Shown here: positions 24,608 to 36,073 of the stretch, in pieces | Layout: every line of letters begins with the position of its first letter | Numbering within the stretch: position 1 is the first letter of the stretch | Assembly (NCBI RefSeq): GCF_964188315.1 | Contig: NC_135658.1 | Span: forward strand, 30,690,001-30,754,000 | Source of the DNA: Podarcis muralis | Lineage: Eukaryota | Direction of reading: 5' to 3' | DNA length: 64,000 nucleotides | Program-made: the position numbers and the translations under genes | The notes under the pieces: generated by a model | What the model saw: only the letters and a program-made list of their open reading frames with translations | The model's database searches: none | Told to the model about the DNA's origin: nothing

Positions 24608-26534
24608 GTGTAAACAATACTGAGATGGACCAAAGCCCTCTCTCAGTACAATGTACGATGTCCTGAGGCTGATCAGGCTTCCCTATGGCTGGTCTTTACA
24701 TAACAATGAGCATGCACCTCAACTGTATTCACACAGTAAACATCACTGTAAATATTCAGCCTTTAGAGGAAAAGAGAAGTCTGAAAGCATGAAAATGGCC
24801 AATAACAGAAGGGGCAAAGATGGCTGAAACTCACATAGTGATTTGAAATAATCAGCCACATCTTTGGCTGCAGACCTCTCCTTTTCAGTAAATTATGGCA
24901 AGATAAACATGATATAAAGTGCCTGGGATGATAATTGATGGGACTTCCACAGTTTACTGGACAAGCACATCTCTGCATACAGCAGACTCAGCTAAGCACA
25001 GTGAAGTCTTCTAAAGATTTTGTTCTGGGGGGGGGGGGAATGCAGAGGTAATTAAATGGATGTATTTCTGATGTTCTGCCATAATGCTCCCTAAATAGAA
25101 TTAAAGCAAAGCAGGCTGCCAACTTCATTTCTTCAATAGCACTGTGAGATAACTTGGTTTCAGCAGACTGAGGTTATTAATGATCAGTTCAGTAAATTTT
25201 ATCATTTACTTTATACCTCAGGAGGACGCTAGGATGAAACTGATTTTGATCAAACCACAAATACTGTCACCTTTAATAAATTGTGATCTGACAGTGGGTA
25301 ACCCAATATTGGTTTAGGAGATAGAAGAAAAGGCAATTCTGGGCTTGGCACCTGATAAAGTAAAAGTTCCTGGAACAGATGGATCTCTAGCTTGTTTTTA
25401 TACAACATTTCAGAAAAAGGTGGCACTAATCCTGGAAAGGGTCTTCCTTCAACCAATACAGCAAACAAACAAACCTCAAAAACAAGAAAGAACAAAAAAA
25501 ATCCCTCAGGCATTAAAACACTCTTACTTACCAAGATACTTAGAAAGGCTAATGCAAGTGATAATTATGGAATCTTTCACCTTGTGTGTTTGCTAAATAT
25601 AGAATGGATGCACAATCTCACCAGCACGATTAGTCACTAGGCTTCATTATCTCACACCCGTTCTCATTAAAAACATGAAAGAGAGATTTACAGCTGCCAA
25701 GTCTCTGCTTTGGGTTTTATCACCTATCTCCTTTTCTTTATATACAAGGATTTACATCCTCCATTTCAGTAAGAAGCTATCACCATCAGGCATTGTAGGG
25801 AAACTGGGCCCACAGAAAGAAGACTATGCCAGAGTTACTCACCATCATTTCTCTTGGGTTTAGGGCTTCGCTAGAGGATCTGTTATATTGAGCACTCATC
25901 CTGATTTCCCTCCACAAACCCAATGCAGAGGTTAGACCAGGGGCTGCCAGCCTTTTGGGGCCACTGGGCACATTTGGAATTTTGATAAAGTGCTATAGGT
26001 GACGGTCACAAAATGGCTCCAATGGGGGTACAGCATTACACAAAATGGCTGCCACATCCAAAGGAGCAGAAAAAGAGACAGGGCTACAAAATGATGAAGG
26101 TGGGCTTTTCAAACCCAGTGACTCTGTTAACAAAAAGGAGCCATAAAAGACACCCGCAATGCTAAGCTTCCTTGGTCAATGTTTGGTATTCATTCTAAAT
26201 TATGAATATCACTCTGTTCCAGTTGGTCATTGCAACTAAGATTGTAAACCTAAGCTCAGGGACTGCCTTATTAATGATATTTGGGACACAGTCTCAGAGC
26301 CTTTAAAGGGCTGCAGAGTGGGATGAAAAATGATTTGCACAATCTAATAAAAAAAGGGGGTGAACCCCCCCCATCAGATATGGTGAAATGATCTTGCTGC
26401 TTTTGTTTTCTTTTGTTATTTTTGTGCTTTTCTGGGTGGAGTTTTTCAAATTGCTTGACTGAAAAGGGTTTTACTGAAATGTTTGCCCTTTGGGCTTGTA
26501 GCCTTTTTGTAAGTCGCTTGGAGACTTTTATGGC

Positions 26535-26581
26535 AGGCATCTAGTAAGTCAAATAAATAGTATTTGACTTACTAGATGCCT
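26535..26581. repeat. Perfect 21-bp inverted repeat with 5-nt loop
   Basis: AGGCATCTAGTAAGTCAAATA-AATAG-TATTTGACTTACTAGATGCCT. Confidence 0.95.
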
Positions 26582-27299
26582 ATAGTAACAATAGTAACAA
26601 CCAATAGTAACAATTAATAATCCACAGTCTTTGCCTGCTATGCAAGAAATTTTATTTTACAGTACCTAGCACATATACTTCACTCACTTTGTCATAATAA
26701 TACATAGAGCATAGTTAAGTCATTCACAATAATTTACTGAAGGTGGGCAAGAGAGAAGAAAATTCATTTTACTTTTGTGGCCTGCAGATAGATACAACAT
26801 GTGATCTTTTCTCTATGCAAAGCTACAGTCCTTTCCTCTTATCCTGAAATGTTTACTTAAAGCTACACCAATCCCTTTGTTTATTTATATTTTAAAGAAT
26901 GTGTGTATGTTGAAAACTCATAGAAAATAACAATGTGTCCAACAATATATACAATGGTACATAAAAACACAATAAAAAGAAGAAATATGAGCGACATTCA
27001 ATTAAGTGTGCATAAAGTTTGTGCTTTAACCAACAGAGAGAGATGTGTATTTTAAACCTTGTTTTAAATAATCTGCTCATTACCCAGAGAACTGTGTTGG
27101 GAGACAGGAATTAATACGCCTTCTACTTACTTATTTCTTTATTATATTTATTTAATTTTACATTTTATTATATTATTTTTGATTTTTTTAAAAATCGGAA
27201 TACTGAACAATAATGGGAAGCCATTTTGATCAGAATTGTTCAACTAGATATTGTGCAAGTAGAAAGATGTGACTTTAACAGCAGCATAATGGAAATACT

Positions 27300-27420
27300 A
27301 AATAACAATAATTTATTATTTATATGCCACCCATCTGACTGGGTTCCCCCAGCCACTTTTGGTGGCTTCCAACAAATTAAAGCACAATATGACATCAAAC
27401 ATAAAAAACTTTCCTGAACA
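27300..27420 (-). mobile_element. Very short L2 3'-tail fragment
   Basis: CCACCCATCTGACTGGGTTCCCCCAGCCACTTTTGGTGGCTTCCAACAAA is nearly identical to the tail of the L2 at 31.2 kb. Confidence 0.75.
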
Positions 27421-28662
27421 ACAAATTCATAAAGTGAAGCTTTTTTCCTACATAAAAATGCACATGTGCAGACTTTGTATTACATGGCTGCTATTCAGCT
27501 GCTAAAAGTGTAGGGCTCTGGGCAGAGAAGAATAAACAAAACTGGCAGAGAGACACCAAGAGGTGGAGAGAACTAGCTCAGAAAAAATCAAATAAAAAAT
27601 AAGATGGCTTAAGATAGTGATCCAGTCAACATACATCCACCTCTTAGAAAACTCTTGGAATATATTCAGTTCAGAAAGAGATAAATATGCAGTTCTGAGA
27701 TTAAGCGGTAGAGTGGAAAGACCCACCAATATGCAAGATGAATCAGATCCCCAGTTGCCTCAGACCTTCTGAGTTGAAAGCTTAGAGAACTATGACTAGA
27801 GAGTAAGGGGCTGCAAAAGACCACAATCCGGAAGGTAGGAGGCAAGTAGGGCAATAAACTGAAATAAGAGGAGGAAAGCTTAAACTGCAATTACAAGGAA
27901 AGCCTCCAAGCATTAAGCGTGGTTATAAAAAACACAGATTGCACAGAAATGGTAAGAAATTGTAATATTCAGGATACATGGAAATTAACAGATTGGCACA
28001 GAAATAAATTTGGAAGTGGACTGGGGACTAGTTATGTTCGATCACCCCCTATGTTTTCTACACACACACAGTCCTCAAGACTATGGTTTTCCCTTTTGAG
28101 GTTGCAGTATCATGCACACTTGTAATAAGCTCCAAATCAAAATGCATAGGATTTACCTGTAAGGCAGAATCCCACCATGAAATTACCTGGCTAGCAAAAT
28201 GGAAGAAGTCCTCATAGCTTATTTTTCATCCAAACTGACCTTATATACTGGAGAGTTGATAAAATAAATTCTGGCAGTGTGCATCCAGTACCCAACTATT
28301 TGAGTGCAAGAGCTTTATCCTGCAGACCAAGAGCATAGAGACAAAGTGGTATTTGAATGATGAAGCTGCATGCATTCTGCTGAAATGCATGGTGCTCTTA
28401 TCTACACAGACCCAGAAGCTATCTTGTCCTTCTGGAGAAATGAAACGTTTGATGCATAACGTTTCCTGGGCACTTAATTCATGTTGCCTGAACTTGCTAT
28501 GCATTGTAATATCTACCTACAGACTGCTAAAATAAAAGCAATCAATTGGCAATTCCGCCCCCACAACCAATTTGTCAATGTTCTATGTATTATGATATTT
28601 ACATATAATGATCACTAAATTGGGAGAAAGTATGGGGGAAGCATTTGTGCTAGGTAGTCTTA

Positions 28663-31159
28663 GAATCATAGAATCATAGAGTTGGAATAGACCACAAGGG
28701 CCATCGAGTCCAACCCCCTGCCAAGCAGGAAACACCATCAGAGCACTCCTGACATATGGTTGTCAAGCCTCTGCTTAAAGACCTCCAAAGAAGGAGACTC
28801 CACCACACTCCTTGGCAGCAAATTCCACTGTCGAACAGCTCTTACTGTCAGGAAGTTCTTCCTAATGTTTAGGTGGAATCTTCTTTCTTGTAGTTTGGAT
28901 CCATTGCTCCGTGTCCGCTTCTCTGGAGCAGCAGAAAACAACCTTTCTCCCTCCTCTATATGACATCCTTTTATATATTTGAACATGGCTATCATATCAG
29001 CCCTTAACCTCCTCTTCTCCAGGCTAAACATGCCCAGCTCCCTTAGCCGTTCCTCATAAGGCATCGTTTCCAGGCCTTTGACCATTTTGGTTGCCCTCCT
29101 CTGGACACGTTCCAGTTTGTCAGTGTCCTTCTTGAACTGTGGTGCCCAGAACTGGACACAGTACTCCAGGTGAGGTCTGACCAGAGCAGAATACAGAGGC
29201 ACTATTACTTCCCTTGATCTAGATGCTATACTCCTATTGATGCAGCCCAGAATTGCATTGGCTTTTTTAGCTGCCGCGTCACACTGTTGGCTCATGTCTA
29301 GTTTGTGGTCAACCAAGACTCCTAGATCCTTTTCACATGTACTGCTCTCAAGCCAGGTGTCCCCCATCTTGTATTTGTGCCTCTCATTTTTTTTGCCCAA
29401 GTGCGATACTTTACATTTCTCCCTGTTAAAGTTCCTCTTGTTTGTTTTGGCCCAGTTCTCTAATCTGTCAAGGTCGTTTTGAAGTGTGATCCTGTCCTCT
29501 GGGGTGTTAGCCACCCCTCCCAGTTTGGTGTCATCTGCAAATTTGATCAGGATGCCCTTGAGTCCATCATCCAAGTCGTTGATAAAGATGTTGAATAAGA
29601 CCGGGCCCAAGACAGAACCCTGTGGCACCCCACTAGTCACTCTTCTCCAGGATGAAGAGGAACCATTGATGAGCACCCTTTGGGTTCGGTCAGCCAGCCA
29701 GTTACAAATCCACTGAGTGGTAGCATAGTCAAGACCACATTTTACCAGCTTCTTTACAAGAATATCATGGGGCACCTTGTCGAATGCCTTGCTGAAATCA
29801 AGGTAGGCTACATCCACTGCGTTCCCTTTATCTACCAGGCTTGTAATTCTGTCAAAAAACGAGATCAGGTTAGTCTGACATGACTTATTTTTCAGAAATC
29901 CATGCTGACTATTGGTGATCACAGCATTCCTTTCTAGGTGCTCACAGACTGTTTGCTTAATGATCTGCTCCAGAATCTTCCCTGGTATTGATGTCAGACT
30001 GACTGGGCGATAATTATTTGGGTCCTCTCTTTTCCCCTTTTTGAAAATAGGGACAACATTTGCCCTCCTCCAGGCTGCCGGGACTTCGCCTGTTCTCCAG
30101 GAATTCTCAAAGATGACTGCCAGTGGTTCTGAGATCACATCTGCCAGTTCTTTTAATACTCTTGGATGCAGTTCATCTGGCCCTGGAGACTTGAATACAT
30201 CTAAACTAGCCAAGTATTCTTGTACTATCTCCTTAGTTATTCTGGGCTGTGTTTCCTCTGCTGAATCATTTGCTCCAAATTCTTCAGGTCGGGCATTGTT
30301 TTCTTTATCGGAGAAGACTGAGTCAAAGAAGGCATTGAGGAGTTCAGCCCTTTCTGTGTCCCCTGTTTGCATTTCACCATCTTCTCCTCTGAGTGACCCC
30401 ACTGTTTCTTTGTTCTTCCTTTTGCTACGGACATACCCATAAAAGCCTTTTTTGTTGCTTTTAACCTCTCTAGCAAGCCTGAGTTCATTCTGTGCTTTAG
30501 CTTTTCTGACTTGGTGTCTACATGTGCTGGCTATTTGTTTGAATTCCTCTTTGGTGGTTTCCCCCCTTTTCCATTTTTTGTACACATCTTTTTTTAATCT
30601 TAACTCAGTTAAAAGTTCTTTAGATAGCCACCCTGGCTTCTTTAGGCACCTTCCATGTTTCCGTCTCACTGGTATTGTCTGAAGTTGTGCTTTTACTATC
30701 TCCCTCTTAACAAACTCCCAGCCATCATGAACTCCCTTTCCTTTTAGTATTACTGTCCATGGGATCTCACCCAGCACTTCCCTAAGTTTTATGAAGTCGG
30801 CTTTCTTAAAGTCAAGAAATTGAGTCCTAGTATGCTTGGCTGCTCCTTTCCACTGTATAGTAAACTTCAGAAGAGCATGATCACTCGCGCCTAATGATCC
30901 TTCCACTTCTACCCCACTAACCAGGCCATCAACATTGGTTAGGACCAGATCTAAAATGGCTGTTCCTCTTGTTGCTTCTCCCACTTTCTGGACAATGAAG
31001 TTGTCTGCAAGGCCAGTGAGGAATTTGTTTGACCTTATGCTCTTGGCCGAGTTTGACATCCAACAAATATCCGTGTAATTGAAGTCCCCCATTACTACTA
31101 TCTCCCTTCCTTTTGCATGCTTGGCCATCTGTTCCAGGAAGGCATCATCTATGTCCTCC
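28663..31159 (-). mobile_element. Young 5'-truncated CR1 LINE (~2.5 kb)
   Basis: (ATTCTATG)n 3' tail at ~28661-28680, short 3' UTR, uninterrupted ORF2 fragment; candidate 7-bp TSD AGTCTTA (28656-28662, 31160-31166). Confidence 0.95.
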
Positions 31160-31203
31160 AGTCTTAATACACTGCTCTTTTTAGTCGAGAACTCTGTTAC
31201 CAT
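28738..31203 (-). CDS. CR1 ORF2 fragment, 821 aa: C-terminal part of the APE endonuclease plus a complete reverse transcriptase
   Basis: Endonuclease motifs [18 protein letters not shown]; RT motifs [37 protein letters not shown]; natural stop; the first ~15 codons come from flanking DNA; expression unknown. Confidence 0.85.
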   Translation of the reverse strand: MVTEFSTKKSSVLRLEDIDDAFLEQMAKHAKGREIVVMGDFNYTDICWMSNSAKSIRSNKFLTGLADNFIVQKVGEATRGTAILDLVLTNVDGLVSGVEVEGSLGASDHALLKFTIQWKGAAKHTRTQFLDFKKADFIKLREVLGEIPWTVILKGKGVHDGWEFVKREIVKAQLQTIPVRRKHGRCLKKPGWLSKELLTELRLKKDVYKKWKRGETTKEEFKQIASTCRHQVRKAKAQNELRLAREVKSNKKGFYGYVRSKRKNKETVGSLRGEDGEMQTGDTERAELLNAFFDSVFSDKENNARPEEFGANDSAEETQPRITKEIVQEYLASLDVFKSPGPDELHPRVLKELADVISEPLAVIFENSWRTGEVPAAWRRANVVPIFKKGKREDPNNYRPVSLTSIPGKILEQIIKQTVCEHLERNAVITNSQHGFLKNKSCQTNLISFFDRITSLVDKGNAVDVAYLDFSKAFDKVPHDILVKKLVKCGLDYATTQWICNWLADRTQRVLINGSSSSWRRVTSGVPQGSVLGPVLFNIFINDLDDGLKGILIKFADDTKLGGVANTPEDRITLQNDLDRLENWAKTNKRNFNREKCKVSHLGKKNERHKYKMGDTWLESSTCEKDLGVLVDHKLDMSQQCDAAAKKANAILGCINRSIASRSREVIVPLYSALVRPHLEYCVQFWAPQFKKDTDKLERVQRRATKMVKGLETMPYEERLRELGMFSLEKRRLRADMIAMFKYIKGCHIEEGERLFSAAPEKRTRSNGSKLQERRFHLNIRKNFLTVRAVRQWNLLPRSVVESPSLEVFKQRLDNHMSGVL

Positions 31204-31210
31204 TTTGGTA

Positions 31211-32207
31211 TAACAACAACAACAAAAACAACAACTTATTTATAACCCACCCATCTGGCTGGGTTTCCCCAGCCACTCTGGGTGGCTTCCAACAAAGTAT
31301 TAAAATACAGTACTGTAGTCTGTCAAACATTAAAAGCTTCCCTAAACAGGGTTGCCTTCAGATGTCTTCTAAAAGTCTGGTAGTTGTTGTTCTCTTTGAC
31401 ATCTGGTGGGAGGGCGTTCCACAGTGCGGTGCCACTACCGAGAAGGCCCTCTGCCTGGTTCCCTGTAACTTGGTTTCTCACAGTGAGGGAACCGCAAGAA
31501 GGCCCTCGGTGCTGGACCTCAGTGTCCAGGCAGAACGATGAGGGGTGGAGACGCTCCTTCAGGTATACTGGACCGAGGACGTTTAGGGCTTTAAAGTTCA
31601 GCACAAACACTTTGAATTGTGCCCAGAAATGTACTGGGAGCCAATGTAGGTCTTTCAAGATGGGTGTTATGTGGTCTCGGAGGCCGCTCCCAGTCACAAG
31701 TCTAGCTGCCGCGTTCTGGATTAGTTGTAGTTTCCGGGTCACCTTCAAAGGTAGCCCCATGTAGAGCACATTGTAGTAGTCTAAGCGGGAGACAACTAGA
31801 GCATGCACCACTCTGGCGAGACAGTCCGCGAGCAGGTAGGGTCTCAGTCTACATATCAGATGGAGCTGGTAGACAGCTGTCGTGGACACAGAATTGACCT
31901 GTGCCTCCATGGACAGCTGTGAGTCCAAAATGACTCCCAGGCTGTGCACTTGCTCCTTCAGGGACACAGTTACCCCATTCAGGACCAGGGAGTCCTTCAC
32001 ACCTGCCTGCCTCCTGTCCCCCCAAAACAGTACTTCTGTCTTGTCAGGATTCAACCTCAATCTGTTAGCTGCCATCCATCCTCCAACCGCCTCCAGACAG
32101 GACCTTCACCCCCTTCACTGGTTCTGATTTGAAAGAGAGGTAGAGCTGGGTATCATCCGCATATTGATGGACACCCAGCCCAAACCCCCTGATGATCTCT
32201 CCCAGCG
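31211..32207 (-). mobile_element. 5'-truncated L2 LINE (~1 kb) with (GTT)n tail
   Basis: ORF 31323-32075: MAANRLRLNPDKTEVL...SRLDYYNVLYMGLPLKVTRKLQLIQNAAARL; upstream frame HQYADDTQL; frameshifted near the end. Confidence 0.92.
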
Positions 32208-32539
32208 GTTGGTTAGCTTAAGAGATTTGGAAGAGGGAGTCCAAATAGTGCATAGAAGAAGGAAAGCTGGCAAGCAAAAAAGATTTTAGACCAATTCAAT
32301 AGGGCAGAAAGCTAGAAGCCAGGATGTGGAGAGTTGCAGAGGAATCAGACTCTGAGGCAGAGTTGTCGTCATGTTTGAGGAGGCCCTGGACCAGGTGAAT
32401 TCATCCCCCGCCCCAGCCTGGTGTCCCCCCCTTTTCTGTTCTGCCTTCCCTCCATTTTTATCTTAAATACAAGTGAGGGTTGCTTCACTGTCACCAACAC
32501 CTCTCCCCCCTGCCTACTCTTCCCCTCACTTACTTTTTT

Positions 32540-33420
32540 TTCCTGTGAGGATAAATCACTGAATCCAGATCGCATCTACCTGAGAGTTCTCAAAGAACTC
32601 AAATGTGAAACTACCAATTTGAATCAATGGACACTTATCCAGATGGACTGCATTGCATGGCATGTGGTTGAATTAGATGACCTTTCAGGTCCCTTCCAAC
32701 TTTACAATTCTATCATTCTATGAATGTTCAAAGTCGAGTCCCTCAGGGATTGGGACCTGCACTTTTTAACTTGTTCATAAGCAATTTTAGAGTTAAGGGA
32801 GGTGAGGCGGCCAAGTTTGCTGATGACACTAAACTGTTTGGGGTTGGTAAAGCTAAGAGAGATTGTGAAGAGCTGCAAAAGGACCTATCCAAACGTGAGT
32901 GAACGGGCGGTAAAATGACAAATGCAATTCAGTTTAGACAAGTGTAAAGTGACGCAAACTGGGGCAAAAAAAATAATCATCTTCATTTCACATATATGCT
33001 CATGAGCAGTGAACTGGTGGTGAACAATCCCATGGGGTGGTAGTAGATAGCTCCATGAAAATGTCGACTCGGTGTACTGCAGCTGTGAAGAAGGCAAATG
33101 CCATGCTAGGGATCATTAGGAAACTGAAATGGAAATGGCCGATATCATAATGCTCCCATACAAAACTATGGGAAAACCACGTCCGGAATACTGCGTCTGG
33201 TTGCCTCACCTCAAAAAGGATATTGTAGAGTTGGAAAAGGTTCAGAAAAGGGCAACCAGAATGATCGAGGGAATGGAGAAACTCACATTTGAGGAAAAGT
33301 GGCCACAGCATTGTGGAAAGGCTTTTCAGTTTAGGGAAAAGATGAATAAGAGGCAACATTTAAAAGGGTATAAAATTATACATGGTTTGGAGAAAGTAGG
33401 TAAAGTTTTTCTCCCTTGTG
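32540..33420 (+). mobile_element. Decayed CR1 ORF2 fragment with a CR1-tailed SINE 3' end inserted at ~32645-32721
   Basis: PDRIYLRVLKELKCE; VPQGLGPALFNLFI...KFADDTKLF; RPEYCVWLPHLKKDIVELEKVQKRATRMI; multiple frameshifts. Confidence 0.85.
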
Positions 33421-34277
33421 GATATCCAGTGAAGCAGATATCCAGTGAAGTGGATATCCAGTGAAGTCAATTTCCTTTTAAAAGTGGAATTGTTGCACTA
33501 GGTAACAGAGCACTTAAATTGTGCAAACTTAACTTTTCTGGTAGGCATTTGAATCCCTCAAGCACAAAAAAACCTGACAATCCTGGAGGTGCCCCCAAGT
33601 CATGAAGAAAGCCAGCTATTGATAGCAATCAGCACATCTTTGTGAAGATACACAACAACAAAAGGCCTACTATAAAGCAGTTTCCAGCTCCACTGATTTT
33701 CTCCTGCACAACTTTCCTTCAGCGATAGTATCAGTGCTTCTGTTTTATTCTGGTGGGTTTTTGACATCACCATTAGCCCAGAGGCATTAGGATTTGTGAT
33801 GTATAAGATGGACTATTGCTTCTCAAGGATGCACCAACACTTATGCATTCCTAAGATTATGGTGTAGCCACCTAGAAAGAGCACATGTCTTCATTCCATT
33901 GCTGCCTGCTCCCAATGCATTGGAGGTTGTCAACTGAGGACACCCTGGATTCATCTTCAGGGCTGAGAAAGAACACGGGAGATGAGTCAAGATATATTGT
34001 GCCTCAGCCACATAAAGCTTTATAAATCTAAATCTGCACTTTGAATTGTGCTCAAAATGTATACGGGAAGCCAATGCAGAAGCTGGAGCAATGATGTAAT
34101 ACGATCCAAGCTGACGCTTCCAAGGGCCTTCAAGAGCAGCCTGATAGTGGCCTCCAGGCGATGAGTGGAGGACATCACCACAAGGTGTCCCATGTGGGAC
34201 AAATAAAACAACATGCATTTTTTCATCTTTCTCATGGGAGAAAAGTGCGCCTGCCCTGTGCTGGAACCTGGAATTCC

Positions 34278-34435
34278 AGGGGAAGAGCTACAGCTCAGTA
34301 AAGGGGAAGGTCTTAGGTTTAATCCCTGGCATTTCCAGGTTGTGCTGGGACAAACTCCCTGTCTGAAACCCTAGTCAGATGCTGCCAGTCAGTGCCGTCA
34401 GTACTGAGCTATATGGACAGTTTCCTATGCTTAGG
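34278..34435 (+). mobile_element. tRNA-Ala-type SINE, uninterrupted but with a deleted head
   Basis: AGCTCAGT...GAAGGTCTTAGGTTTAATCCCTGGCATTTCCAGG...CTGAAACCCT...GCTGCCAGTCAGTG...TACTGAGCTATATGGAC. Confidence 0.7.
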
Positions 34436-34559
34436 AGTGCTCTGCTATGAGGTTGAGTGGCAGGGAGAAACTATCCTCCTTCAAAATCACATGTCCAAAC
34501 TGTCACCAGCACCAACTTTCCTTACTTCTGTCTTGCTTGCACTCAGCTCCAGAGTACCT

Positions 34560-34690
34560 AGAACCATAGAATTGTAGAGTTTGAAGGAACCCTCAGTGAC
34601 TCTAGTCCAACCCCCCTGCAATGCAGAAATATGCAGCTGTCCCATACGGGAATCAGACTTGTAACCTTGCAATCTCCATTCTGAGCCTTT
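34560..34690 (-). mobile_element. tRNA-Ile-like SINE with CR1-like tail
   Basis: Minus strand CAAGGTTACAAGTCTGATTCCCCGTATGGGACAGCTGCATATTTCTGCATTGCAGGGGGGTTGGACTAGAG...AACTCTACAATTCTATGGTTCTA. Confidence 0.7.
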
Positions 34691-35042
34691 GGCTACTACC
34701 CAGAACTGTGAGTAGTGGAAGCACGAGTGACTCCAAGCCCTTCTGCAAGTATGTCTCTGAAGTGAGAATGAATGCATTTCTTCTGCCCGGGTTCCGTGCA
34801 GCTCAGGCAACGCTCTGCAGAGATGCGAATGGCCGATTTGGGTGATTTTTTAAAAAGTTATTATTTTTAAATGCATACTTTGATCTCTCTCGGAACTCGC
34901 CCCCCTCCTTCCCCAAAGCTCCCTCAAGAGGAGCTCCGCACACAACTGCCCCCCCCCCCCCGCCGTAGCAATGCCCCGGCGGGCTCTTTTTTTTGCAATG
35001 TCACCGGGAGGAGAATGCAGGTGCAACTCCGGGCAACCGCTG

Positions 35043-35196
35043 CACGTGATCCCCGAGCGGCGCTCCGCCGTCGCCGAGGGTCCCGTGTGTGTGTGTGTTG
35101 GGGGCGCAGTTCCGACCACCTTTCCTTTCCCTCTAAAACACCCCGTCGGCCGAAGCAGCCTCGTTCCCCAACTTCAGCAGTTTTCCCTCGCACGTG
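35043..35196. promoter_or_regulatory. Two CACGTG E-boxes
   Basis: CACGTG at 35043-35048 and 35191-35196 (MYC/MAX, USF or CLOCK class); function inferred. Confidence 0.5.
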
Positions 35197-35397
35197 TGAG
35201 GCCGTTCCCTGGAGAGGGAGGCGAGTCAAAAGAAAAAACCACACCGCCCTCTTCCATTGTAGGTGGCGCGTCCGCCTCCCCCCCCTTCGCCAACCCACCT
35301 CAGCCCGTTTCCTGAGCCGCTGGTAAGTCTCCCCAGGAACGTTGATGGGCCCAAACTTTCCGGCCCGCGCGCGGATCCAGAAGCCCGCCCTTTTTTT

Positions 35398-35414
35398 TTT
35401 GGCGCGCGCGAAAA
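35398..35414. promoter_or_regulatory. Overlapping bidirectional E2F site
   Basis: TTTGGCGCGCGCGAAAA contains TTTGGCGC (+) and TTTCGCGC (-), both fitting TTTSSCGC. Confidence 0.65.
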
Positions 35415-36003
35415 CGAGCGTCGCTCGCCGGTTCCCCCTCAGGCGCCTGAGGCCGAGCGGGCCGGGCGCTCCCCCTCCTCCTCCTCCCCACCGCCCCACC
35501 CGGGGCAGCCCGAGCCAGGCTGGCGGGGGCGGCGGCGAGTGCGTGTGGCGCGGCCAAAGGCAAGCTGCCGCCGCCGCTGCCGTTTCTCCTCCTCCTCCAC
35601 CACCGCCGCCTCCTCGTCGTCGTCCTCCGGCGCCGCAGGAGCTCGGCGGGGCCGCCAGGCTGCGCTCTCGGGCCGGCTGCGAGCCTGGCTGCGTCCCCGG
35701 GCTGCCGGGGCTCCGGAGCGCCAGAGCCTCCCGGGGAGCAGGCGGTGGTGCGAGAGCGGGCGGGCGGGCGGTCCCGGGACAGCGGCGGCGGCGGCGGCAG
35801 CTGCTGCAGCGGGAGGAGCCGGAGCGGCTCGCTGCTGCAGCGGGAGCCGCCCCGGCTCGGAGCTCCGCTTGGCCGGGCTGCGGAGCGGCGAGGCACCTGG
35901 AGCCCCTCGGGGGGCGCCCGCTAGGCGAGCTGCCTGCCAGCCGAGGAAGCGCCGTCGGCCGCTGACCGAGGTGCCCTCGCCAGCTGCTCTCCCCGCGCCC
36001 GGC

Positions 36004-36073
36004 ATGACTTGCAAGGGCTCGTCGGGCTGGGGGCTTTGGGTGGCCCCTTTGGCGGCGCTGCTGTCTCTGAGAG
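36004..36073 (+). CDS. Probable first coding exon (70 nt, phase-1 intron) encoding a signal-peptide-like N-terminus of an unidentified secreted or membrane protein
   Basis: First ATG after ~650 nt of ATG-free GC-rich leader, context CCCGGCATGA (purine at -3); MTCKGSSGWGLWVAPLAALLSLR has a basic n-region and hydrophobic core; donor GAG|GTAAGC at 36074; could instead be a uORF in a non-coding exon. Confidence 0.6.

Larger units (their letters stand above)
23890..24664 (+). mobile_element. tRNA-Ala-headed SINE interrupted by three insertions
   Basis: Head GTGGTAGAGCATTTGCTTTGCATGCAGAAGGCTCCGGGTTC is tRNA-Ala(TGC)-like; the body resumes at 24094-24107, 24426-24502 and 24608-24664 and is colinear with the uninterrupted copy at 34278-34435. 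Confidence 0.75.

Noticed and set aside
27420-28030. Purine-rich stretch possibly derived from L1 ORF1
   Set aside because: I could not recover a convincing conserved motif in any frame, so it is left unannotated.
33415-33467. Three tandem GATATCCAGTGAAG units
   Set aside because: Simple local slippage at the end of a decayed CR1 fragment, with no further structure.
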